Part shown: positions 1-7,640 of the stretch, piece after piece
Layout: each line of letters starts with the position of its first letter
Numbering within the stretch: the first letter of the stretch is position 1
Assembly (NCBI GenBank): GCA_947625905.1
Contig: CANQQJ010000007.1
Location: forward strand, 18,714 to 82,713
DNA from: an uncultured Clostridia bacterium
Lineage (GTDB): Bacteria; Bacillota; Clostridia; Monoglobales; Monoglobaceae
Length of the DNA: 64,000 nt
Direction of reading: 5' to 3'
Translations under genes and position numbers: made by a program
The notes under the pieces: generated by a model
Databases searched by the model: none
What the model saw: only the letters and a program-made list of their open reading frames with translations
What the model was told of the DNA's origin: nothing

Positions 1-247
1 AGAAATCATACCATGCCGTTATGATTCTTGATCTGTTTTGCGCAATATAACGCGCAATTTTATTTAAATCATTCTGAGGTATTTGGCTTTTATTATGCAC
101 TAATTCTACTCCGCCGGGTCTTATCCAAAATTTTGTCGCATTTTCTGTTTGCTTTCCCTTACACACATGGACGTGCGGCGGCTCGTTATTTTCATTTGCC
201 CAAAAGAAGAACGAATATCCCAAAAAATCAAGCAATATTTTAGGCAA
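1..247 (-). CDS. DUF4160-family protein (putative toxin-antitoxin component), TTG start, runs off the window edge
   Basis: Not in the ORF track. Manual translation from TTG at 247 (GGAGG RBS upstream) gives MPKILLDFLGYSFFFWANENNEPPHVHVCKGKQTENATKFWI...IITAWYDF, with the FFxxE-EPPHVHV...KFW motif typical of DUF4160. Confidence 0.75.
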   Translation of the reverse strand, partial: MPKILLDFLGYSFFFWANENNEPPHVHVCKGKQTENATKFWIRPGGVELVHNKSQIPQNDLNKIARYIAQNRSRIITAWYDF

Positions 248-506
248 CCGTGCCGCCTCCTTTTCTGGCAAATTCCCATATCAGTGAATCATTATCTCTG
301 ACATACTCTTTCAAATCCAAAATATCATCATCGGAAAAACCAAAAGACTTATACACATTACATCCCGGAAGTTCCATGTCAAGAAAGTCAAACCCTTTTC
401 CGTTCGGACGCTCAAAATGAACTCTCACAGCCTCAAATCCGTTTTTATCCATAACCTCGCTGTGGTTCATAGTTATTCCGTTTACCGTAGAATAGTAGTA
501 ACTCAT
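240..506 (-). CDS. 88-aa acidic hypothetical protein, putative partner of the DUF4160 protein
   Basis: Track ORF 240..560; better start is ATG 506 (MSYYYSTVNG) after an AGGAG RBS. Its stop overlaps the DUF4160 start by 8 nt. Confidence 0.7.
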   Translation of the reverse strand: MSYYYSTVNGITMNHSEVMDKNGFEAVRVHFERPNGKGFDFLDMELPGCNVYKSFGFSDDDILDLKEYVRDNDSLIWEFARKGGGTVA

Positions 507-529
507 GTATATCACGCTCCTGTACAATT

Positions 530-548
530 CTATTGTATCAAACAATAG
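530..548. promoter_or_regulatory. Inverted repeat CTATTGT-N5-ACAATAG, candidate operator of the small two-gene operon
   Basis: Perfect 7-bp palindrome just upstream of the RBS of the 240..506 gene. Confidence 0.45.
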
Positions 549-595
549 ACATAATATCAAGATTAATTTTGTCGAAAAAAGTCTTAATATTCCTA

Positions 596-623
596 TTTAC
601 TTTTTTGCCGCATTGTGCTACAA
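596..623 (+). promoter_or_regulatory. Sigma-A-type promoter for the structured leader and AbrB-like gene
   Basis: TTTACT (596-601), 16-nt spacer, TG-N-TACAAT extended -10 (618-623); predicted start near 630, where stem P1 begins. Confidence 0.5.
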
Positions 624-630
624 TAGTTTC

Positions 631-793
631 GCAACACAAATTAAATATTATTATACATTGAAAAGACCTAGGTGTGCGTTTGTTAAAAACGCACGCTTGG
701 AAACAATTGCCTATGGTCTTTTCAATACATTAGGTTAAATTTGTGTTGCAATCCAAGCTGCGTTTTTTGCGCGGCTTTTGCCGCGCTTTTTTT
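631..793 (+). ncRNA. Candidate structured leader RNA or small RNA ending in an intrinsic terminator
   Basis: Perfect stems 631-642/738-749 and 657-668/715-726 (12 bp each) and 674-681/687-694 (8 bp). Alternative pairing 686-701/752-766. Terminator GCGCGGC-TTTT-GCCGCGC-T7 at 769-793. Confidence 0.6.
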
Positions 794-821
794 ATCGGCA
801 ATCGCGAAAGGAGAGACAAGC

Positions 822-1076
822 GTGCGGTGCGTTAAAACAATTGACGAAAACGGAAGGATAACCATACCTAAATACATGCGCAAAATGATAGGGATAAGCG
901 GCGCGGAAAACATTGACGTGCTGCTTATGGACGAGGTCGGACAAATCGTGCTGCGCCGCAGGGAGCCGAAGTGCGCTGTCTGCGGCTCGCCGAAAAACCT
1001 CAGAGAGATCAACGGCGCCCACATATGCCGCGGCTGCGCTGCCGCCGTGTCGGCGCTAAATAAAAAAGAGCCGTGA
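822..1076 (+). CDS. AbrB/MazE/SpoVT-family regulator with C-terminal CxxC...CxxC zinc-ribbon-like tail
   Basis: GTG start at 822 after AAAGGAG; IDENGRITIPK swapped-hairpin motif; CAVC and CRGC. Confidence 0.8.
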   Translation: MRCVKTIDENGRITIPKYMRKMIGISGAENIDVLLMDEVGQIVLRRREPKCAVCGSPKNLREINGAHICRGCAAAVSALNKKEP

Positions 1077-1087
1077 AGCACGGCCCC

Positions 1088-1450
1088 CTATAATTCTTTT
1101 ATTCCCTTAGCTTTTTGCATAACCGCCGTTATCAGCAGGATCACGGCGAAAATCCCGGCGACCGCCGACCATACTTTAAGGTCGGTATATGTGCCGGCCG
1201 ACGCCGCGGCGGTCAGCGCTCCGACCGCATAGAAGCACACCGAAACGATCGTCCCCGCGAAGCTTTTACGCGCCGCGACAGACACGATCCCCGCGACCAG
1301 CATACAGACCGCGAGAAGCATTCCCGCCGTGCCGCTTACCTCGCCGCTCTCCGCGAGCGTGTTTCCGACTCCCACAGCGCAGGACTGCAGCATGATCAGC
1401 ACGCAAAGCACAATTGATATTATTCCTATGATCATTCTTAGTATTTTCAT
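1088..1450 (-). CDS. Small multi-pass membrane protein, unknown function
   Basis: 120 aa, about four hydrophobic segments, GGAGG RBS, directly downstream of the lipoprotein gene. Confidence 0.7.
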   Translation of the reverse strand: MKILRMIIGIISIVLCVLIMLQSCAVGVGNTLAESGEVSGTAGMLLAVCMLVAGIVSVAARKSFAGTIVSVCFYAVGALTAAASAGTYTDLKVWSAVAGIFAVILLITAVMQKAKGIKEL

Positions 1451-1461
1451 TTTTATTCCTC

Positions 1462-2028
1462 CTACTGCAGCGTTATTGTTCCGCTAATTTTTTTGCCGCT
1501 TATGCCGAGCCAGTCCGTGACCGTCACGGTGATCTGCGAAGTCGCGCTTCTCAATTTATACGCCGCCTCGACGTCGAGCGCTCCGCCGTTTTGAACCGTG
1601 GTAAGCGACGGCTGCGCGTCATAGGTACCGTCGGTTATTATCGCGTTTTCAAGGCCGACGCCGTCCTGGAACAGCTTGACCGACGCCGCGGTCGTGAACA
1701 TCGCCTCGTCGCTTCCAGTGTTTTTGTAATTAAATTTTAATATTATCGCGGGGTTCCCCTGATAGTCCTTTCCGATCCTCGCGCCTTTGTATGTCAACAC
1801 GCAGTCGGGAAGCTCGGCCGTGTTTCCGATTTGCAGTTCCTCAGTGCCGTTTGTCTGCGCCCGGTCTTGCGTTTGAGTTTGCGCTTGCGTCTGATTTTGG
1901 CTCTGAGCCTGATTTTGCGTCTGCTGCCCGCTCTGCGCCGCTCCGCTCTGCTGCGTGTTTGAAGCGCCGCATGAGCACATTGAAACGGCCGCAACCGCAG
2001 CCAGAATTAACGCGGATATTTTTTTCAT
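1462..2028 (-). CDS. DUF5067/DUF4352-like Ig-fold lipoprotein
   Basis: Start MKKISAL at 2028 (GGAGG); lipobox-like SMCSC; Gln/Thr-rich linker; C-terminal FQDGVGL...VQNGGALDVEAAY pattern. Confidence 0.6.
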   Translation of the reverse strand: MKKISALILAAVAAVSMCSCGASNTQQSGAAQSGQQTQNQAQSQNQTQAQTQTQDRAQTNGTEELQIGNTAELPDCVLTYKGARIGKDYQGNPAIILKFNYKNTGSDEAMFTTAASVKLFQDGVGLENAIITDGTYDAQPSLTTVQNGGALDVEAAYKLRSATSQITVTVTDWLGISGKKISGTITLQ

Positions 2029-2114
2029 GCTGATCCCTCCGAATTTAATTAATATAAAAATAAAGCATTGCAAATACTTTCATAAATATTATACAATGCT
2101 TTGATCTATATTTG

Positions 2115-3200
2115 TTATACCCGCAGTATAAATTTAAGTATGTCGGTCCCGCCGCCGTAGAGAACGATCATAATAACAAACGCGATAAACAGCAGCAAGA
2201 TCCACTCTTTGGCCCCGAAACGCCTGAATCTGAAAATTTTTCCGATTTTTTTGTAATTCGCCATAAACGCGAACGGCAGAATGAATATGGATATAACGCT
2301 CCAGATTTCGGAAAGTATCGAGTATGCGTCTTTGACCGTAACGATCTTTTGGACCGAGGCGCCGAGCCCGCCGAAAAAAATCAGATAATACGCCGCGCAT
2401 ATCGCGGCATGGGCGGCGTTTCCGTTTCTGAAACCCGGAATATATCTATAAAACGGCTTTTTGATCTTGACGGTCCCGGGATCTCCGCTTCCGTAAATCG
2501 CGCCCATAAGCTCGACGACAGATGAATATCTGTCCTCCATCCGCATACTAAGGCATCTGCGGATTATTTTTCCCGCCTCTCCTCCGGCGATCTTCCTGTT
2601 AGGCATTTCTCCGGTCAGCATATAGTTCATCAAAACGCCGACGGAATATATGTCGCTTCTGGCGTCGGTCTGTGCGAAGCCGAACTGCTCGGGCGGAGCG
2701 TAGCCCGCAGTACCCATGATCGTCGTGTCGGACGAGGCTCCGAGCCGCACGCTGCGCGATATGCCGAAGTCGATAAGCTTCGCGGAGCCGCCGTCTATCA
2801 TAACATTGCCCGCCGAAATATCACGGTGAATAATATTTATGTTGTGCATTTCAGCGAGAAGCCCGAGCACGGGCCGCAGCGTTTTCATGACCTCGTCGGG
2901 GCTCATCGGGCCGTTTTGACTTATGTATTTTTCAACGGTCACGCCGTTGATCAGCTCCTCGATAACCACGGCGTAATCGCGGTACCTGTGGACGCAGAGC
3001 ACCCGAGCCTTCGCCTCGGACTGTATACGCGAAAGCCGATCGTATATGTCCGCGCGCTCCAAAGACACGTTTTTTCTCACGTACAGACGCCCCGAGCGCT
3101 CGTCTCTGACAAGGCACACCGAGCCGTCGTCGTTCATTTTTTCAACATCATAGCATACCGCGAACAAATTGTCGTCGTAATTTGAGTTAAATTCCGTCAT
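2115..3200 (-). CDS. Hanks-type Ser/Thr protein kinase with C-terminal transmembrane helices
   Basis: HRD, DFG and GTAGYAPPE motifs; hydrophobic C-terminus. Confidence 0.85.
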   Translation of the reverse strand: MTEFNSNYDDNLFAVCYDVEKMNDDGSVCLVRDERSGRLYVRKNVSLERADIYDRLSRIQSEAKARVLCVHRYRDYAVVIEELINGVTVEKYISQNGPMSPDEVMKTLRPVLGLLAEMHNINIIHRDISAGNVMIDGGSAKLIDFGISRSVRLGASSDTTIMGTAGYAPPEQFGFAQTDARSDIYSVGVLMNYMLTGEMPNRKIAGGEAGKIIRRCLSMRMEDRYSSVVELMGAIYGSGDPGTVKIKKPFYRYIPGFRNGNAAHAAICAAYYLIFFGGLGASVQKIVTVKDAYSILSEIWSVISIFILPFAFMANYKKIGKIFRFRRFGAKEWILLLFIAFVIMIVLYGGGTDILKFILRV

Positions 3201-3268
3201 AGTTCTGCACCTCTTGACATACTATACCATAAAATATATAATTAAGTCAAACAAAGGAGTGACAGATC

Positions 3269-3691
3269 ATGTCTAAATCGACCGGAGAATTGCTCGAGAT
3301 ACTTAAGTCGAGCAATGATATACAAAAGTTTTTGAACGAATACAAGGACGAGCTTAAAGGCCTCGACACCGCCGAATACCTTAATATGCTGCTGCGCGAG
3401 AAAGATCTCGAAAAATCCGAGGTTATCAAAAACAGCAATATAAACGGAATATACGCCTACAAAATATTCAACGGCGAAAGAAAGCCGTCGCGCAGCAAGC
3501 TGCTGTGCCTCGCCTTCGGAATGGGTCTCGACCTTGACGAGACGCAGCGCCTGCTCGCCGTTTCGGACTGCGGCATGATGTACTCTAAAAATCCCGCCGA
3601 CGCCGTTGTTATCCACGCGATAACAAACAAACTCTCCGTGATGGAGTGCAACGAGATACTTTTTGAGAACGGCCTGCCCGTGATCGAATAG
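3269..3691 (+). CDS. XRE-like helix-turn-helix protein divergent from the kinase
   Basis: 140 aa; HTH-like segment followed by IFNGERKPSRSKLLCLAFGM; AAGGAG RBS. Confidence 0.65.
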   Translation: MSKSTGELLEILKSSNDIQKFLNEYKDELKGLDTAEYLNMLLREKDLEKSEVIKNSNINGIYAYKIFNGERKPSRSKLLCLAFGMGLDLDETQRLLAVSDCGMMYSKNPADAVVIHAITNKLSVMECNEILFENGLPVIE

Positions 3692-3692
3692 C

Positions 3693-4163
3693 TTATTTTT
3701 CTATTTCTCTTATCAGGTTAACCATTTCTATCGCGCCCAGCGCGCAGTCGTAGCCCTTGTTGCCGGCTTTGGTGCCGGCCCTTTCTATAGCCTGCTCGAT
3801 ATTGTCGGTGGTGAGTATGCCGAACATTATCGGAACGCCGGTTCTGAGCGCTTCGGCGGCGATGCCCTTTGACACCTCATTGCACACATAGTCATAATGC
3901 GAGGTCGCGCCGCGTATCACCGCGCCCAGGCAAATGACCGCGTCGTATTTTCCGCTTTTCGCCATTTTTGAGGCGGCAAGCGGGATCTCAAACGCTCCGG
4001 GCACCCACGCGAGCTCGATGTCGTCGTCCCCGATGTCGTGGCGCCTTAAGCCGTCCTCGGCGCCCGAGATCAGCTTTGACACGATGAACTCGTTGAACCT
4101 TGAGGCCACGATCCCGATTTTGATTTTTGATTCGTTTACAACTTTTCCTTCATAGATTTTCAT
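3693..4163 (-). CDS. ribH: 6,7-dimethyl-8-ribityllumazine synthase
   Basis: [27 protein letters not shown] motifs; last gene of the rib operon. Confidence 0.97.
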   Translation of the reverse strand: MKIYEGKVVNESKIKIGIVASRFNEFIVSKLISGAEDGLRRHDIGDDDIELAWVPGAFEIPLAASKMAKSGKYDAVICLGAVIRGATSHYDYVCNEVSKGIAAEALRTGVPIMFGILTTDNIEQAIERAGTKAGNKGYDCALGAIEMVNLIREIEK

Positions 4164-4176
4164 AAAAATACCTCCT

Positions 4177-4211
4177 AACGTAGTGATTAGTGATTAGTGA
4201 ATAGTGATTAG
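4177..4211 (+). repeat. Heptamer array AACG-(TAGYGAW)n, copy 1
   Basis: TAGTGAT TAGTGAT TAGTGAA TAGTGAT TAG; related copies at 32231, 32315, 36576 and 42976. Confidence 0.8.
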
Positions 4212-4212
4212 G

Positions 4213-4314
4213 ACGGGCGGCAGATTGCCGCCCCTACAGGTTTGGTGCAATTTGCACGGATCGCGGCAATCCAATATATCATCGTGCCTGTAGGGGCGGA
4301 TATTATCCGCCCGT
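4213..4314. repeat. Inverted pair of GTAG-type REP palindromes (REPIN-like)
   Basis: 4213-4238 reads TGTAGGGGCGGCAATCTGCCGCCCGT on minus; 4289-4314 reads TGTAGGGGCGGATATTATCCGCCCGT on plus. Confidence 0.8.
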
Positions 4315-4315
4315 T

Positions 4316-5515
4316 TTACAAATCCAAAATGTGGCCCATTTTGGATTTTTTGGTTTTGAGATAGAATCGGTTCGTGTCGTTGGGCTCGATCTGTATCGGG
4401 ACGCGCTCGGCTATCTCCATGCCGAATCCCGACAGCTGATATATTTTGTCGGGATTGTTGGTGAGCAGCCGCAGTGTCTTGGCTCCCAGATCACGCAGGA
4501 TCTGCGCGCCGATATAATACTCCCTCAGATCGCCCTCAAATCCCAGAGCGATGTTGGCCTCGAGGGTGTCAAGCCCGCCGTCCTGCAGCTCGTAGGCGCG
4601 CAGCTTGTTTATAAGCCCTATGCCCCTGCCCTCCTGCCTCATGTAAAGCAGGATGCCGCGGCCTTCCTTTTCGATAGCGGTCATCGCCGCCGCCAGCTGC
4701 TGGCCGCAGTCGCAGCGCAGCGAGCCGAAAGCGTCTCCCGTCAGGCACTCGGAGTGGACGCGGCACAGAAGATCCCTTCCGTCTCCGATATCGCCCTTGA
4801 CAAGCGCCACATGGTGCTCGCCGTTGAGCTTGTTGACATAGCCGTACGCTTTGAAACTGCCGTACTTAGTGGGCAGCTTGGTGGACGCCACCCGCTCGAC
4901 CAGCACGTCGTACTGTTTGCGGTAGTCGCTCAGAGCGCGTATGGTGATATATTTAAGCCCCCACTTTTCCGCGAACTCTGCAAGCTCGTCGCGGCGCATC
5001 ATGGTCCCATCGTCGCGCATTATCTCGCAGCACAGTCCGACCGGTCCGAGCCCCGCCAGCCGCATAAGGTCCACCGCCGCCTCGGTGTGGCCCCGCCGCT
5101 CGAGCACTCCGTTTTTCTTAGAGACCAGCGGGAACATATGCCCCGGACGCCTGAAATCCTCGGGCTTTGAGCTTGCGTCCGCGCACTTCATCGCGGTCAT
5201 CGACCGCTCCGCCGCCGATATGCCCGTGGTCGTTCCGACGTAATCCGCCGACACGGTGAAGGCCGTCTCGTGGTTGTCGGTGTTGTCATCTACCATCTGC
5301 GGGAATTTGAGGCGCCGCGCGGTCTCGGCGTCCATCGGCATACAGATCAGGCCTTTGGCGTATTTTGCCATAAAGTTCACGTTCTCGGCAGCCGCGAACT
5401 CGGCGGCGCAGATCAAGTCGCCTTCGTTCTCTCGGCTCTCGTCGTCCGAAACAACAATTATTTCGCCGTTTTTGAGCGCCTCAAGCGCCTCGGGGATCTC
5501 CGAAAATTTCATCAT
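4316..5515 (-). CDS. ribBA: Bifunctional DHBP synthase / GTP cyclohydrolase II
   Basis: [35 protein letters not shown] motifs. Confidence 0.97.
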   Translation of the reverse strand: MMKFSEIPEALEALKNGEIIVVSDDESRENEGDLICAAEFAAAENVNFMAKYAKGLICMPMDAETARRLKFPQMVDDNTDNHETAFTVSADYVGTTTGISAAERSMTAMKCADASSKPEDFRRPGHMFPLVSKKNGVLERRGHTEAAVDLMRLAGLGPVGLCCEIMRDDGTMMRRDELAEFAEKWGLKYITIRALSDYRKQYDVLVERVASTKLPTKYGSFKAYGYVNKLNGEHHVALVKGDIGDGRDLLCRVHSECLTGDAFGSLRCDCGQQLAAAMTAIEKEGRGILLYMRQEGRGIGLINKLRAYELQDGGLDTLEANIALGFEGDLREYYIGAQILRDLGAKTLRLLTNNPDKIYQLSGFGMEIAERVPIQIEPNDTNRFYLKTKKSKMGHILDL

Positions 5516-5530
5516 TCACACCATTCCTTT

Positions 5531-6163
5531 CTAAAACCCGTATTTCGCCAAAAATTCTCTCGTTATCCCTCCGCCGTTTTTTGCGGAAAGAATTTTTTCA
5601 ACGTACTTCGCGATGCAGTCGGTCTCTATGTTGACCGCGTCTCCGGCCTTTTTGCGGCTCAGCATCGTATTTTCCGCGGTGTGGGGTATGACCGAGACCG
5701 TGAAGCCGCCGCCTTTGACATCGGCCACGGTCAAGCTTATCCCGTCGACAGCGACCGAGCCTTTTTCGACAATATGCCGAGCGAGCTCTCCTGCCTCTAT
5801 GGTGTACAAAACAGCGTTGTCGTCGCTTTTGATGCCCGTGATCCTGCCGGCGCCGTCTATATGCCCGCTCACTATGTGGCCGCCCATGCGTCCGCCGAGC
5901 ATTACGGCGCGCTCAAGATTCACGCCGCTGCCGACCTTGAGCGAGCCCAGCAGCGAGCGGCTCAGCGTCTCGCGCATAACGTCGGCGGTGAAAGTCCTGC
6001 CTGAAATTTCGACGGCGGTCAGGCACACGCCGCTGACCGAGACGCTGTCGCCTATCTTAAGGTCGTCGAATATCTTGTCTCCCGCGATCGTCAGTCTCGA
6101 CGAGGCCCTGCCGCTGACTATCCTCTTTATCTCTCCTATTTCCTCTATTATCCCCGTGAACAC
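5531..6163 (-). CDS. ribE: Riboflavin synthase
   Basis: MFTGIIEE N-terminus, GGHIVSGHID, VNIETD. Confidence 0.97.
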   Translation of the reverse strand: MFTGIIEEIGEIKRIVSGRASSRLTIAGDKIFDDLKIGDSVSVSGVCLTAVEISGRTFTADVMRETLSRSLLGSLKVGSGVNLERAVMLGGRMGGHIVSGHIDGAGRITGIKSDDNAVLYTIEAGELARHIVEKGSVAVDGISLTVADVKGGGFTVSVIPHTAENTMLSRKKAGDAVNIETDCIAKYVEKILSAKNGGGITREFLAKYGF

Positions 6164-7242
6164 TTGATATCCCCCTCTATCAGAAAATCATCGCCCAGGC
6201 GGCTGATCTTCGGCTCGCTTATCCGAAACGCCTGCGACGGGTCGGAAACTCCGACGCCGCCCACCGGTGTCTTGGCCGCCGCGCCTCCGAATATCTTGGG
6301 CGCGATATAGCACTTGACGTGATCGACTATGCCCGCTCTCAGCGCCGACCACGCGATCTCACCGCCGCCCTCGATAATAACGCTGTCGATCTTGAGCTCG
6401 CCGAGCTTTTTCATAAGCAGCTTCAGGTTGACCTGTCCGTCTCTGCCCGCGGCGCGGATAACGCGGCAGCCCGCTTTGGTATACGCCTCGGCGCGCTTTC
6501 CGCTGCCCGAGCAGGTCGCGATAACGGTCGGTATTTCCTTGGCGGTGCGCACGAGCTTTGAGTCGAGCGGGGTCATAAGAGTGCTGTCGCACACTATGCG
6601 CGTCGGGTTTGTTCCGCCTTCTATGCGGCACGTCAGCTCGGGATCGTCGGCGATAACCGTGTTCACGCCGACTAAGATCGCCGAATAGGCGTTTCTGTCG
6701 CGGTGGGTGTCCTCGCGGGCTTTTTCTCCCGTTATCCATTTGGATCTTCCGCTCGCCGCCGCGATTTTTCCGTCGGCGGTCATGGCGTATTTGAGCATCA
6801 CGTAAGGCTCGCCGCTCGTGATATAACGCATAAAAATTTTGTTGAGCTCAAGGCACTCTTTTTCAAGCACTCCGACAACGGTCTCAACTCCGTTCCGCCG
6901 CAGCCTTTCGGCGCCGCCTCCGCCCACCTTGGGATTCGGGTCAAGACTGCCGATAAACACTCTTTTTATGCCGCTCTCGATCACAGCGTCGGCGCAGGGC
7001 GGCGTTTTGCCAAAGTGGCAGCAAGGCTCAAGCGTCACGTACATATCGGCTCCGCTCGGGTCCTCCGAGCAGGCCGCCAGCGCGTTCCGCTCGGCGTGGG
7101 GCCCGCCGTATTTTTTGTGGTACCCCTCGCCTATTATCCTGCCGTCCTTCACTATCACGCAGCCGACCATCGGATTGGGCGAGGTTCTTCCCCTGCCCTT
7201 TGCCGCCAGCTCGAGCGCGCGGCGCATGTACTTTTCATCCAT
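6148..7242 (-). CDS. ribD: Bifunctional pyrimidine deaminase / reductase
   Basis: PNPMVG, HAE, VTLEPCCH...PPC, IEGGG motifs. Confidence 0.97.
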   Translation of the reverse strand: MDEKYMRRALELAAKGRGRTSPNPMVGCVIVKDGRIIGEGYHKKYGGPHAERNALAACSEDPSGADMYVTLEPCCHFGKTPPCADAVIESGIKRVFIGSLDPNPKVGGGGAERLRRNGVETVVGVLEKECLELNKIFMRYITSGEPYVMLKYAMTADGKIAAASGRSKWITGEKAREDTHRDRNAYSAILVGVNTVIADDPELTCRIEGGTNPTRIVCDSTLMTPLDSKLVRTAKEIPTVIATCSGSGKRAEAYTKAGCRVIRAAGRDGQVNLKLLMKKLGELKIDSVIIEGGGEIAWSALRAGIVDHVKCYIAPKIFGGAAAKTPVGGVGVSDPSQAFRISEPKISRLGDDFLIEGDIKCSRG

Positions 7243-7294
7243 TATATCCGCCTCCTGTCAAAAAAGCCCCGAGCAAAACTCTGGGCCTTATCTC

Positions 7295-7326
7295 AAAACA
7301 AAAACTCCGAGGACCTGCCTTCGGAG
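7295..7326 (-). terminator. Intrinsic terminator of the FMN riboswitch expression platform
   Basis: CTCCGA-N10-TCGGAG followed by TTTTTGTTTT on minus, between the aptamer and ribD. Confidence 0.75.
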
Positions 7327-7344
7327 CGTTTTTACATAATGAGT

Positions 7345-7456
7345 TCCTTCTCACATCCGGACTTTGACCGTCGGCTTCGGAATCTCACCGAATCATGCCA
7401 AAATGGCTCGCGGGCTGTACCGCCGGTAGGGACTTTCACCCTGCCCTGAAGAAAAT
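7345..7456 (-). promoter_or_regulatory. FMN riboswitch (RFN element)
   Basis: Minus strand reads TCTTCAGGGCAGGGTGAAAGTCCCTACCGGCGGT...GATTCGGTGAGATTCCGAAGCCGACGGTCAAAGTCCGGATGTGAGAAG, matching the canonical RFN pattern, upstream of the rib operon. Confidence 0.97.
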
Positions 7457-7640
7457 ATTTTTTCTGTACTTTATAATATCACTCGCATCCGCCTTTGTCA
7501 ACCCCAAAATTTGAGGCGGAATACAAGAAATTCCGCCGCGATAAACAATAATTTGTGTAATTTTAACTTGCAATCGCCGCGGTTTGCCATTATAATTAAT
7601 AGATGTGAAAATAATACAGTGATCAAATAAGGAGAAAGAT

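Noticed and set aside
631-793. Firm call as 6S RNA or a known riboswitch
   Set aside because: The stem-bubble-stem shape is suggestive, but I could not match conserved sequence of 6S, c-di-GMP, T-box, SAM or other classes by eye; left as a candidate.
1860-1960. Hexamer-like repeats in the lipoprotein gene as a contingency locus
   Set aside because: In-frame, degenerate Gln-X codons forming a low-complexity linker; no phase-variation signature.
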